Shown piece after piece: positions 25,553-38,528 of a stretch of 64,000 nucleotides of DNA. The translations under genes and the position numbers were made by a program. Within the stretch, counting starts at the first letter, position 1; the number at the start of each line of letters is the position of its first letter. Source of the DNA: Curvularia clavata (Eukaryota); assembly GCA_023920165.1 (NCBI GenBank), contig CP089278.1, positions 186,001 to 250,000 of the forward strand, written 5' to 3'. The notes below the pieces were generated by a model, which did no database searches, was not told the DNA's origin, and saw nothing but the letters and a program-made list of their open reading frames with translations.

Positions 25553-26236
25553 GATGTAAGGCTGGTTTGGCAAGGAAAAAACAAGATTACTCCAAGAACA
25601 AAACTACCATCACAGGGTCGGGTGCAACGCGGGGGGGAATTGGCGGACAGTATATATCAGCGGCCGCCAGTCGCAAGCTGACACGAGTAAGAATATAGAG
25701 GCGGAGGCAGCGGAAGGCAGCCGAGGCGAGACGGAGAGGGCGGAGCTGAATGACGGACGGACTGGGATAGCGATGTGGTGAGACTGGCTTGCGAGGCTGA
25801 GAAGCAAGCGTGGGAGTCTGAGGGTGGAGGGTTGGTTGAGAGGAGTCGTGTGTCAGGGTGCCATTCGCCAGGTTCTGTGAGCAGCGAGGGCAGGCAGGAT
25901 ATAAGGAGACGAGAGGATATCGAGTGGCGCCCACGTGCGTGTCTGGGATAGATATACTTTGGTATGAGCAAGCCCGCAGCGTGGGATGGCGGCCACGGAC
26001 GGGCAAGGGCGGTAGCAGAAACGGAGCTAGAGTGCACCCTGATGAGCTCATGGGCTGCGTGGTGGAGACGACGGCGGCGGGCGTGATTAGCGTGTTTGCA
26101 GGCGATGTCTGGGAATATTTTTCTGGCCGCGATTAGGATCCAGCAGGTGTTCCGATAGCGCCATGGAACTCAGCACTGCCCGATTGCGATAGACACGGCC
26201 GCCAAAGCATTACGCGCGTCGTTAGTCATATACATC

Positions 26237-26327
26237 CATGTGCATGTGGTGCGTGTGGTGCATGTGCTATCATTTACACATGTCGCACACATGTGAAATG
26301 TGTGCCATGTCGATACATGGCCATGTG
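26237..26327. promoter_or_regulatory. Cluster of six CATGTG/CACATG E-box-like hexamers upstream of creD
   Basis: Hexamers at 26237, 26243, 26261, 26277, 26288, 26322; function inferred only. Confidence 0.4.
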
Positions 26328-27384
26328 TGAATCGATATCCCAATCCGCCCTTTCGTCTCAAGTCTCTCGAGACCATCAGCCAAGCCAAGCATTGCGCCAC
26401 AGCCTCGTGTAGCCGCTATCGGCCAAGCTGCAGCCAAAATCCCAAAGCCACGGTGAGCAGCGATGCACCTCGCCGGTGCCTGGGAGAGGATCAATTTCAG
26501 CATTGCACATCTCTCGCGCTGGTGGGCTGACGCCCAACCCCCTTCCTGCTACCCTTCCGACTTGTCTGCATTGCGTGTCGCATCGTGTCGCTGAGGAGCC
26601 ATCTTGTGTGCTTCCCGCCCTGGCACGTGACATGACTAGCCTCATTGCGTCACTGCTTTCTCTTCGGCACACATGCATCAAACCGACTCAGAGCCTTCGC
26701 CTGTTCAGCACAACAATTTCACTCACATGGCCATTGACCGCCACAGCCACCGCCGCAGCCCTCTACATACAAGTATTCAAGAAGCTCGCCTGGCGCAATA
26801 CGCGAGGGTACCTACAATCCCGGCCCGGGCGAGCACGGCCATGGCAAATCTGCGGCTAGACGTGCATTGCCGCAACGGTGGATATCGCAGAGCCTCAACC
26901 ACGGACCCGCTTCTAACAGGTGCCACTACATACATACCCTCAAGAATTCCCGCACCGCCCGCGGGCCATGCACTAGTACCCCTGCCCCTCTCTCGCACAC
27001 ACGCCCGCCAGGAGAGTTTTCCGGCCGGATATCATATCGCCATCATTTCCGCATCAGCCTGCAGTTGGTGGAGATAGCAAAAACTTGATTTTCCCCTTAT
27101 CCCAGCGGACCCTGCTGCACACTACGCGTTCTAGAACAATAACGTCTACCTGACACATGCGAGAAGAGAAAAAAAAAGGCCGCTTCCTCCTCTCATAGGG
27201 CTGAGCTTGTTACACATCATAGCCTCCTAGCTTGCAAGTGAACCACTCGTCGGGTCATATCGGAGCTTCGACCGTGTCGTCTCCAACCACCAAACCTCCG
27301 ATCCAAGACGACTCTGGCAAGCATCATCGACGCTTACTCCAACTCGGCTCTAACTCTATCTCTCCTGATCCCACCACCCCAGCA

Positions 27385-29780
27385 CTACGAACCATTTGCG
27401 CTCGCAATCGCAGACATGCTGCTGTCGTCATTGCCTGTGCCTTCCTTGGGCCGGTCCCATGTTCTGATGTGGCCTGCGGTCATAAAGTCAGCACGAGGTC
27501 CACTTCTCTTATCTAACCTTTGGCCCCTCCGACCAAACTCAACAACTACCAGGCGCTACACAGCTCCGAGTGCACGGGTGTTCCTGCGCGCGCGCACGTC
27601 TGCCTGCCGCGCACTAAAACAACCCTTATCGCAGATCGCAGGGATGTAGTGCCCAATGTGCAGCCCATGAGTGGACACAAAGTGATGTACAACGAAAACT
27701 TTTTGACCATGCCAACTCACCGTTCTTGCATGATGTGAGGATGCAGTCCTCTTCAAACCCGAGCCAGCACAGTGGATGCTCGTGTACCGTTTTAGCCTAC
27801 GCAACCATGGCGATTAGAATTTGCTCATGTTGAGGTTTCAGCGCGACTCACCAACACCGGAGGTAGCATAGCTGTGCGGGCCCGCGGCTCCACTGGATGT
27901 ACCACTTCCTCATCGTCCGACATGCTGCCTGACGTGAGGTTAGAGTTTGACCGCAGCCGGTTCATGGAGCTGCCCGTTTGAGAGCGCTGCATCTTGAGAT
28001 TGGACGACGCGATACTTCCGCGCTGTCGTACCGAAGCCTACATCAGCGTCAGCATTCCCCTTGACAGCGTCGACATTTTCTTCGACTTACTGCCCGCGGC
28101 CGGTGCAACATGCCCACACTAAAGTCCCATAGCAATAAGCGACAGTCTTCTCCCACGCTGCCAATACGATAGTTGCGCTCGTCACAGCGCCATGGGTCAA
28201 ACTGCACAGCCGTCACCCACGAGTTGTGTCCCTGGCAGCGTGCAACGAGCATGCTATCCTCCAATGACCATATTGACACGAGGTCGTCTTGGCCTCCGGT
28301 AACTACGTATCGTCCGTCTGGCGACCAGCACACGCACATCATGCCGCCGTAGTAGCTCATGTAGTGGTGCAGCAGCTTCTCCCGGAGAAAATCCATGATC
28401 CTGAATGACCCGTCCTCGGACACTACCGCCAGGTGACGGCGATCGGGCGAAAATTCAAAAGCATTGACCTTGGACCTCGACACCTGCCAGTAGGATACAG
28501 GGTTGGTCTTTTGGTTCTTGGAATTGACAGACTTTTTGATTGTCAAGAGCGACTTGAGCTTCTTTTCGCCGTCGCTCATGCTGTCGTCCGAAGGCGACGA
28601 CGTCACCTCGTCGGGCACAAACACGGCGTCCTCCTTCTCCTTGTCGTACACAACCAGACTGCCGTCCATGTGTGCTGCCAAAAATAGATTCTCGCTGTTT
28701 GGCAGCCACCGTATGTCAGACACGGCCGTGGCATTGATGACGCCATTCTTGTTGATGCGCGCATATTTTTGCGACATGGGCTCGTACCATATGATGTCGC
28801 CTGTGGAGAAGCCCATGATGATGTCAAGGTGATTGGGGCCTTTTGTGATTTGGTTGATGTCGTGACACAGCGCATGAGCCTTGGTAAAGAGTATCTTTGT
28901 CAAGTGCTCCTCCTTTGTGGGCGACGTCAAATCTAGCCATTGGAATGCGCGGTTGACGTTTGCAAAGGCGTACAGGCCATTGGGATTGTGTTCTTGCAGC
29001 CGCTTGGTCAGCGCCTCGTGTGGGATCACTCTGGACACAAACGACGAGTTGCTCTTAACAATATTGCTCTTGGGCTTCCTTCGTTTGGACGGGTCCTTTG
29101 AGTCCTTGCCGTTTACCACGGCCAGCGCTGGGTTTCCCTCTCCGAATACGGGTGTCTTGAGGCCGTCCAAAGGCGATGCCGCGAATCCATTTGCGCCGTG
29201 AGAGTCGAGATCGCTTGCCTGGCTATTGGACTCGTGCGGCGATTCCTGGATGCTCTGGGGGACCTGGGACCGTGTGCTGTTGCGGGTGCCGAATCGATAG
29301 AGCTGCGATTGCGAGGGCTGGCGGGGCGCGAGGGCGACGAGCGAAAGCTTAGTCCCGGCGGTGGGTGGAGAGATGGTGGTCGCGAGCGGATTGTTGCTCT
29401 GGACGGGGGCTTCCGAGGGATGCGGCGGCGGGGTGGCTAGGTGGAGGTCGTCGCGGAGCACGTAGGTTCCTATCATGGCACCAGTGTTAGCAGCAAGCAA
29501 GCAATCAAGCAGGCAGCCAGGCAAGGGAGCCAAATACCTTCTCCGACTACCAGCTGATAGTCGGGACCCGAGAGATGGGTGATTGTGTTGTTGGTCTCGA
29601 TAAGCTGACCAGGTTGGGCACCTGGATAGCCTCCGACGGGATAGCGCGGTGGAGGGGGGAGGACGCTGTATAACATCAGTCAAGGGCGCGCGGCGCAGGT
29701 GGAGCATGATAGGGCTGCGATTGGTGGTTGGACGGGTGGCAGGCGGTCAGCACAAAGGGTAGATAGAGCACTTACAACAT
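27385..29780 (-). CDS. creC: WD40 catabolite repression protein CreC; exons 29780-29776, 29665-29538, 29469-28091, 28037-27852, 27796-27721, 27473-27385
   Basis: Spliced start [32 protein letters not shown] repeats ([44 protein letters not shown]), terminal GHIRTWDRP. Confidence 0.93.
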
Positions 29781-30033
29781 GCTTGCAAGCTGTGCTGCTG
29801 CAGTGCAAGCTGGCGCGGACGAACGGGGCGGACTTTGGCAACGGTGGAGCAGTCCCTGGCTTAGCTGGCGACAAGGTATTGGAGACCTAGTTGGCGGGCG
29901 ACGACATGAGGTACCACGGCGGTGGGTTGGGGACGGAGGCGCAGGCGGGTGTAGGGCCGAGAGAGAACGAGCGAGATGGGTCGACGAAAACACGCGCGGG
30001 CGGGCGGCAGAGCAGCAAGAACAAGCGACGATA

Positions 30034-30100
30034 GGGCAGGACAAGACAGGACAGGACCAGGACAAGACAAGGCCAGGACAAGGCCAGGACAAGAACAGGA
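30034..30100. repeat. Degenerate GGACA/AGACA/GGCCA repeat in the creC-GEM1 divergent intergenic region
   Basis: gggcaggacaagacaggacaggaccaggacaagacaaggccaggacaaggccaggacaagaacagga read directly. Confidence 0.7.
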
Positions 30101-30643
30101 AGCGTGGGCCAAAGAGCCGGCGGGATCTGGGGAAGGGAAAGCGGAGACGCTCGCCTGCCGGCTCCGTGCCGTATACGCGCTGCAAACCGTGCCAGGCCTC
30201 TCTTCATCCGTGGTGCTGTGCTTGGTGGAAGATACAGAGAGAGAGTATTATAAACGGATGGATGCATGTATGGACGGACGGACAGGTACATCTAGTATGC
30301 ATGCACGTCAAGTATGGTGCAGGGACGCGCTACACACGACAGCCAACCAGCCGCCCATCCATGCTGCCTCTCTCCCAGCGACCACTGTTGCGGGGCTTGG
30401 TTGCGGGGGGCACAATGCGATCGTCTCCCACGTGTGCCAAGCCCCGTTGGACAGCGGACAGGCACGCCCACTGACTTGTCCACGACACTGCTTTCGCCAT
30501 GGTCAACCACCGCCCTCGACCCGCCCCCTGAGACTGCACTGCTGCAAAGGCACTGCCCCGAGACCGTTTCTGCTTGCCCAATACCCCTCCGCCGCCCATA
30601 AACACGCTTCCCGCCTGAGATGCAATAGGCATGCAGCCGGGAC

Positions 30644-32631
30644 ATGGCGACCGGTATGTGGAGTGTCCCCTCCCGAGCACCCATGCTGACACGGCCCTCT
30701 AGTACGAATATGTCTCTGCGGTGACGACGGCGTCGGCAAGAGCTCCATCATCACATCTCTGGTCAAGGATGTCTTCGTCACAGCAAAGATCCAGCCTGTC
30801 TTGCCACAGGTGACGCTGCCGCCCACGCTGGGAACGCCCGACAATGTCACCACCACCATTGTCGACACCTCCGCCCTCCCCCACGAACGCCATGCTCTCC
30901 GCATGGAGCTGCGCAAGTCCAACGTCATCCTGCTCGTCTACTCGGACCACTACAGCTACGAGCGCGTCGCCCTCTTCTGGATGCCCTACTTCCGCTCCCT
31001 CGGCGTCAACGTGCCCGTTGTGCTCTGTGCAAACAAGTCGGATCTGGCCTCGAATGGCACAACCTCACAAGTCGTCGCAGAGGAGATGCTGCCCATCATG
31101 AACGAGTTCAAGGAGATTGACTCGTGCATACGGGTAAGTGCAAAGGAGCACCACAACATCAACGAGGTCTTCTTCCTCTGCCAAAAGGCCGTCACACACC
31201 CCATTGCGCCCCTCTACGACTCCAAGGAGAACATGCTCAAGCCGGCAGCCGTGTCTGCGCTTCGCCGGATTTTTCACCTCTGTGACACGGACAAGGACGG
31301 CTATTGGAACGACCAGGAGATTCACGACTTTCAGATCAAGTGCTTTGAGAAACCACTGGGCGACGACGATCTGGCAAACATCAAAAGGTCCATGGAGCGC
31401 TTTGCACCAGGTGCGACGGACGAGTATGGCATGGACGAGAAGGGCTTCTTGCTGCTCAACAAAATCTTTGCAGAAAAGGGACGTCACGAAACCATTTGGA
31501 TTATCCTGAGAAAGTTCCACTACACCGACAGTCTCAGTCTTCAAGACACTTTTCTGCATCCCAAGTTTGAGGTTCCTCAGTTCTCGTCGGCCGAGTTGAG
31601 CCCTTCGGGATATCGCTTTTTTGTCGATCTTTTCCTCAAGTTCGACATGGACAATGACGGCGGGCTGAATGACCGAGAGCTGGTCAACCTCTTCGCCCCC
31701 ACGCCGGGTATGCCAACTTCGTGGGTCGATTCCGCGTTTCCGTCCTGCACGGTCCGCAACGAGGCGGGCTACATTACACTGCAAGGGTGGCTGGCGCAAT
31801 GGAGCATGACCACGTTCGAGGAGCCCAAGACGACGCTGGCCTACCTCGCCTACCTTGGCTTCGAGAGCGGCGAGCGCGGCGGCACGACGAGTGCACTCAA
31901 GGTCACCAAGGCCAGAAAGCGGCGAAAGAAGCCGGGGCGTGTCGAGCGCAATGTCTTTCTGTGTTACGTACTCGGCTCCAGTGGAAGCGGCAAAAGTTCA
32001 TTGCTTTCTGCTTTTCTCCAACGCCCCTTCAGCCAGACGTACCACCCGACGATTAAGCCCCGATCAGCCGTGAATAGCGTGGAGCTCAAGGGCGGCAAGC
32101 AATGTTACCTCATCTTGGAGGAGCTGGGAGAGCTGGAGCCGGCCATCCTGGAGAACCAGGCCAAGCTGGATGCGTGCGACTTGCTATGTTACACATACGA
32201 CTCGAGCGACCCGACGAGCTTTGCACATGTCGTCGAGCTGCGGAAGAAGTACCCTCACCTAGACGAGCTGCCGTCCGTCTACACTGCACTCAAAGCGGAC
32301 CAAGACAAGACGATGCAGCGGTGCGAACAACAGCCGGACGAGTACACGAGCGCGCTGAGAATGGCGCCGCCATTGCACGTGAGCGCCAAGTGGAACAGCA
32401 TCTCTGAGCTGTTTGTTCATGTAAGCCCCTTTTTTTTCTCTCCTGTAGGTAAGACGGTAGGAGCTGACAAATGTTGGGCAGTTGGCTGAGAGCGCGACGC
32501 ATCCGTCTACGGCGTTTCCCAAGCAGGAAGAAGACGAGTATGACTATCTGAATCTTAGTCTGGCGTTGGGGGCCGTCACGTGCGCAGTTGCTTCTGCCAT
32601 TTTTGTGTGGAAGCGACACAGCAGTTCATGA
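30644..32631 (+). CDS. GEM1: Mitochondrial Rho GTPase Miro; exons 30644-30653, 30703-32420, 32482-32631
   Basis: [18 protein letters not shown], two EF hands ([14 protein letters not shown]), second GTPase GSSGSGKS, C-terminal TM anchor [21 protein letters not shown]. Confidence 0.97.
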
Positions 32632-33401
32632 TAGTGGTGTGGCGTTGTTGTTGAGATGGGCTGGACATGCAGTTGAGGAGAGATGGGTTTGCTTCTCTGT
32701 ACATGATAAGAAGAAATGCCAGGGTCAAGTTCTGTAGAGAATAGATGAGCCGGTGGCCAGCGCGTCGGCACAGGCTGTGCATGGGGGCGGGAAGGTGTTT
32801 GTTTGTACGTAGAGTAAAAAAAGTAGCGCAGGCGAGGAACCTCACGGCCCTCTAGCGTACCGGTGTTGGTGCAGCGGCCAGGTTGGGCACAGCGACTTTG
32901 TACCGAACAGGCAATTGGGATCCCCGCGGCGACACGCCCGCCCCGTCATGGAGACGCGCATGCAGGGTGACGGACAGCAAGTGTGTATCCATCCAGCTCG
33001 TGCGGCGGCTGTTTGGGCAGAGCAAGTGGAGCCAAAGGGAAACGCGCTGGGTGAAGACGTGAAGCCCCCCCCCCTTGTGGCGCTCCGAGTCATGGCTGGC
33101 CTTCATCGGGTCTTCTCCGCTGGGCAAGGCGCGCTAGGCCCAATGTGGCACTAGCCTGGGCCTGCCTGACAACTGTGTGTGCACCGGCCTGGGAACCACA
33201 ACTGCACTGCATTGTCTTGCCCGCTGGTCATGGTCGCTCTCGTTGTATCTTCTCACCCGCCCGCCGCCTCTGCTGAACCTCTTCCTGTCTGCCGCCCTGC
33301 TCGTGGATGCTAAATCTGACCAGGCGCTGTCCTAATCACGCCGCGGCAAAGGACCCCAGCCCGCCAGTCTTCTGATCTTTGCCCTCCGCATTCCTCGCGA
33401 T

Positions 33402-33450
33402 ATGGTAAGTGCCTACCGCTCCCTCAGCATCCGTCCCCCACCAGGCCCGG

Positions 33451-33488
<38 letters not shown>

Positions 33489-36400
33489 ATGCAGTAATGC
33501 CCAAGCAGAGGGGAACACGAAAGTGCAGGTATAATACGAAGTGATGTTGCTGCTGCTCCTGCTGCTGCTCCTGCATTCCCGGCAAAGGTCCGCGCCGCCC
33601 ATCCAAAGCCCAAGCTGACCACGTCTTGCACCCCACAGGCGACCAACCGAGCACAAGAGCTGGACCGCCTGTACCAGATGCGAAATCCCCCCCGCCGTGG
33701 CCACGCGCCCCAGATTTCCATCAGCGATGACAACCATCACGTCACCGAGGCCATAGGCGACCTCTATGGCGGAGACAGCGACACCGAATCAAACAGACGC
33801 AGCCTGCGACCCCTCAGCTTCGTGCCCAGTCCCAACGGCGATTCGATCCAGTCTTTCGGTGCCTTTGAGGCCTTCGATCCGTTCCCAAACTCCCCTCCGG
33901 CCAGGTCCCCGCTGCGGCCCCCAATGTCCTTTGACCACCCCGCCACCCCGACCAGCCCACAAGATGGTTCCGACGCGCGCCAGAACAAGTCCCCAACCAC
34001 GAGAAGTCCTCCCAATAATGGCCAGATGTCCCCCCCGCTGTCCCGCTCCAACTCGGGCACCGCCTCGCACCAGTTTCCTCTCAACGACCTGGACTACGAA
34101 TCGAGCCCAGCCGGTCTGGCACAGGAACTGAGCAATCTGCAGGCCATCCGCCGAATGTCCATGGGCGTCAACAGTGCCGACCCTGACCTGCCCTCGTTCC
34201 AATCTGCCAACACGCCCCCGTCGCCACCACCCACATCCGAAGACGACGAGTCGAAGCTGTTTTGGGTCCCCGCGCGACTGCATCCCGAACTAGCGCCCAT
34301 GGAGTTCAAGACATTTATCGAGGACAAGATCGATAAGACCAGACGCCGCTCCGGAGATGCCGACTCGCTCAACCCGGACAATGCTCTTGGGCGCCAGGGT
34401 TCAGGCGCGGGGTTGCGGAGAAAGAAGTCGATGCTCTCGAGGCAGATTGACACAGGTATTGGCTACAAGGACGGGGCTGAAAGACTAGAGAGGAAACGCT
34501 CTGGCGCGAAAGCACCCGGGGGTCTGGCTAATCTCCAGGAACTCGAGAACATCCAAGAAGATCCCGTGTCCATGATAAGACGCTTGAGCATTGACCACAA
34601 GAACGCTGGAGAGAGCGAGATGGGTGAGGATGGAGATTTGCCTATTGTTCCGGGAAGCAAGCTAGGTGGCATGGGAGCACTGAAGCGATCCACGCGTACC
34701 ACCTACCGCCGAGGCAGTTTACGTAAGGGTGGTCCGGCTCTTTCACGGCGACTGGTGAGCCATCGGCAGGGAGAGGGAGACGCTGAGGAGTCCCCCTCCA
34801 CCTCGCCCGTGCACTCGAACGAAAACATATCCGAAGTCCCACCGCTGCCCATCTCACGCGTTCAGTCCGAGCCCGTTCATTCAGCTTTTGAAGGTTCGCA
34901 CAGCAATTTCTCGAGACCGCAGCAGAACCGCTCGCCTCCTAGCACTGCAGAGAGGCCGGGTTCGGCAGAGGGAGCTCCAGGGTCATCTTCTCCCGAGCCG
35001 CAATCGTCGCCTCAGCCGAGACGCTTTCATTCCAGAATTGCTTCAAACGGTCGCACCACGGCACCCCTGCCAGGATATGTCCCTTCAACACAACAGCAGG
35101 TCCCTCAGATCGTCGAGACTCCCCCGCCACAAGATCAGAGACCATTTCAACCACCAGAGCGCTCCTCTTCACGTCAAATTCCACCTCCTTCTCAACAACA
35201 ACCGGCTGGCCCTCGTAGTTACCCTCAACCCCAACAGCCTCCTTCCAACCAACAACGCCAGTCTCCTTCCGCCCGGCCGAACCGTCATGCCCAAGCTGCT
35301 CAAGCTTCTCCAATTAAGCCTTCCCAGTCGCTCGATGACCTGGTCGGCCATAGCTCACCCATGCCTGGCACGAGCAACCGTGTAGATTCCTTATCAATCA
35401 TTCCTAATGCTCCCGAGGAAAAGAAGTTGGAAAAGAAGTCCAAAGACAGGAAGGACAGCTCTGAAGGCGGTGTCAGGAAAACGAGTTGGGGCTGGTTTGG
35501 TGGTGACAAGGAGAAGGAAAAGGACAAGGGCGAGAAAGAAAAGGACAAGGACACCCCCAAAAAGACTAAGAACAAGCTCAGCAAGCCGCAAGAAAAGGGC
35601 CACGACGATACCAGACTCGACCTGTTGCAGACATCTATTCAGGGTAGCGGTCGTGGACGTGAGAGTGTGGTGCTGGACCGTGAAAGTGTCAAGTTGGAAG
35701 AGGAACGCAAAAAGGAGAGTGCCAAGAAGAATTCTGGTGACGGCAAGAAGGAGAAGGAGCCTGGTTTGCTGTCGTCTATTTTCGGAGGTGGAAAGAAGAA
35801 GGGCGAGAAGGAGTCGTCTCATAAGAAGAATGCTTCTCGCGGATTATCACCAGATCCCCCGGTGCGCATCTTGAAGCCCGACATTGACTACAACTGGACT
35901 CGGTTCTCGATTCTCGAGGAGCGTGCCATATACCGCATGGCCCATATCAAGCTTGCGAACCCTCGCCGTGAGCTCTATTCGCAAGTCTTGCTCAGCAACT
36001 TCATGTACTCGTACCTTGCAAAAGTGCAACAGATGCATCCGCAAATCTCCATTGGCAATTCCAAGCAGGCCAAGCAGGCCCAACAGGCTCAGCAGGCTCA
36101 GCAGGCCGCGCAACAGAAGAAGGAGCAAGAACAACAGATGCTGCTGCAGCAACAGCAACAGCAGCAAGCGGCTCAGCAGCAAGTCGTTCAGCAGCAGCAG
36201 CAGCAGCAGCAAGCGCCCCAACAAGCGCAGCCAGAGGAGTTTGCTCAATATCAGCGGTATCAACAGGTAATAGCCACCGTTGTAGTTTCGAAACTCAGCT
36301 AATAGGTATCTCAGCAGCAACAGCAACAACAGTACGAACAGCAACAGAAGACCCAGGAATGGCCTAGCGTATTCCAACAACAAGAAAATGGCTTCTCGCC

Positions 36401-36629
36401 ACAACCCCAGCAAAACGGAAATCAACGAGGTGCTGTTCAAAACGCCTCGTACAACCAGAACCCTCGCGACTCGCATCATTCTAGCTACGGTGCGAATGGA
36501 ACTAATGGCGGCAGCGGCGGATACAGTGTTGCTAATGCACAGAACTATCTGGGCCATCCGGGCAAGGGTAGCTATGAGCACTATGCAGAGACTGGCCAAG
36601 CAAAGGCGGCCGATGATGATATGTGGTAA
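33402..36629 (+). CDS. ZDS1: Zds1-like PP2A-Cdc55 regulator; exons 33402-33404, 33639-36266, 36315-36629
   Basis: LFWVPARLHPELAPMEF and Zds_C domain RFSILEERAIYRMAHIKLANPRRELYSQVLLSNFMYSYL; poly-Q C-terminus; ATG-only first exon is inferred. Confidence 0.88.
33456..33485. repeat. (AG)15 microsatellite in the predicted first intron of ZDS1
   Basis: Perfect AG run read directly. Confidence 0.95.
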
Positions 36630-37388
36630 TCCTCTATTCGGAAGCGATCAGGACTGTAGGGCATCAATCCTTATTGAGCCCGGCCTCGATCGAAACCATA
36701 CCGGTTCCTTCTTTTTTTTCCCACCTTCTCTATATTCTGTGTACAGTATTCCAGTGCGTCCTACATTGTGTGTTGCATTTTGTCTAATTTTTTTTTTCCT
36801 TCCCATTGTCGCAGTTGCAGAGTTGCACGGGCTGGCGAAGGGTGGAAGGGAGGGGCGTTTGCGGGGTTTAGGGGCGAGCTGGATGTGTGTGTCTGTCTAG
36901 ATAGATGGTGGGCGAAATATAAAAAGAGCAAAGCTAGGGCATATGGAGATGGAAAACATATTTCAGCGTTTGCCGAAAAAGCGCAGGATGCGTCCAATGT
37001 GCGTTTTTTTAATCATGATAATGGGATTGTGACTTGGAATATATATATTTTCGTCTCATACAGATTGATAGAAGAGGTGCTTTGCTCGTGGCGTCTATCG
37101 CTATTGTATGGGTATTTGGAAAACCGCAAGGAGGATTATACGGGATAGAGCAGGCGATATATAAGACGCTGACGTCATTTTCTTATGAAACCCTCAACAT
37201 GACGGTAATCTGCGTGTTCTGTTCTTACGCTTACTTCTCCCCCCCTTCCCCCGCCTTTTTTTCTTTTTCTTTTTCTTCTTCTACCCGCCTAGTCCCACCT
37301 ACCATCTGACCCACTCAAAGCAAAAGAACAAAGTATCCGAGAAAAAAAAGAGACGAAAGAAGAAGAAGAAGAAGAAGAAAATATAGCC

Positions 37389-38277
37389 ATGTCCAGCATC
37401 CCCTCCCTCTCCACCAAACTCACCCCCATCTACCCCCCTCCCTCGTCCTCGTCTTCCTCCCAGGAGGAAGACTCCCCCACCACACAATCCCTCATCTCGA
37501 CCCTCAGCCTTCAACGCCACATCGAAGGCGGATATTTCGCCGAGCTAGATCGGAATCCACTCCTCATCCCAAACCCTTTTCTGGCGGACGATGAAACAGA
37601 AGCAGAGAAGAAAACAGCATCAGAGCCGTTCTCAGGCGACAATAAAGTCCGAAATGCAAGCACCAGTATCTACTATCTCTTGACGAAGGCGGAGCCGCAG
37701 GGGCATTTTCATAGGAATAGGGGGAGGACGGTAAGTTCTACTCCTTCCCTTCCTTTCTAATATCGCATATCTCATGTTCCCTCTCTCTCTCTCTCTGTCT
37801 GTCTTTGCAAGTGGGTTGAGTAAGGGTTTGCTAAGGCAGAGTAGGTTCACACGCTGATTTCCGGGCGGGGCCGGTACGTTCTTATTCATGCGGATGAGGC
37901 GGGGGATACGAAGAGGGTCGAGTCGTTTGTTGTAGGTATGGATTTTGCAAAGGGGGAAAAGAGTGTTTGGGTTGTTGAGGGTGGAAAGTATAAGGCAAGC
38001 TTTTTGCTGGATGGGGCGGAGGGAGAGAGGTTGTTGATTAGTGAGGTGAGTGTCTCCTCCACCCCCTTTTTTCCAAAAAAACAGGAGTGGTTTTTTTTCT
38101 TGGTGGTGAATGGGAAAGAAGAAGGGGTCGAGAAGAGGAAGCTAACGTGGGTTTGTGCAGACGGTCATTCCTGGGTTCGAGTACTCGGATCATGATTTTC
38201 TGACGGAGGAGAAGTTTAGGAAGTTGGTTACGAAAGAGCAGGCGGAAGAGATGAAGTGGTTGGTGAGGAAGGTGTAG
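37389..38277 (+). CDS. DUF985/Cupin_5 protein; exons 37389-37730, 37845-38045, 38161-38277
   Basis: LQRHIEGGYFAE, RNASTSIYYLL, HFHRNRGRT|VHTL, WVVEGGKYKASFL, LLISE|TVIPGFEYSDHDF. Confidence 0.9.
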
Positions 38278-38528
38278 GGCAAGTTAGAGGCTGACTTGGT
38301 GGATTGCGATTAGAATCGAAATATTTAACAACATTGAAAAGGGTGTGTAAAATCGCTGAACGCTAAAGACTAAATCAAAAATGACTCCCATAGTACATGC
38401 TTCAACATTCCGTCCAAATATATCATAACACGTAATCCACAATCCGGCTCTTGATACATGCTTGAAAGATCTTAACATAGGCCCAATTCAGGCATGTTAG
38501 TCTAACCAATTACCCATGACTTCGTCTA

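Noticed and set aside
25587..27088. Multiple 100-150 aa ORFs between creD and creC
   Set aside because: Overlapping in all frames, no motifs or splice-supported model; consistent with UTR/promoter DNA.
29779..30689. 231-aa and 237-aa plus-strand ORFs between creC and GEM1
   Set aside because: Low-complexity translations of GC-rich promoter and GGACA repeat sequence with no domain features.
35847..36599. 250-aa Leu-rich antisense ORF over ZDS1
   Set aside because: Mirror of the CAG/CAA poly-Q tract on the opposite strand.
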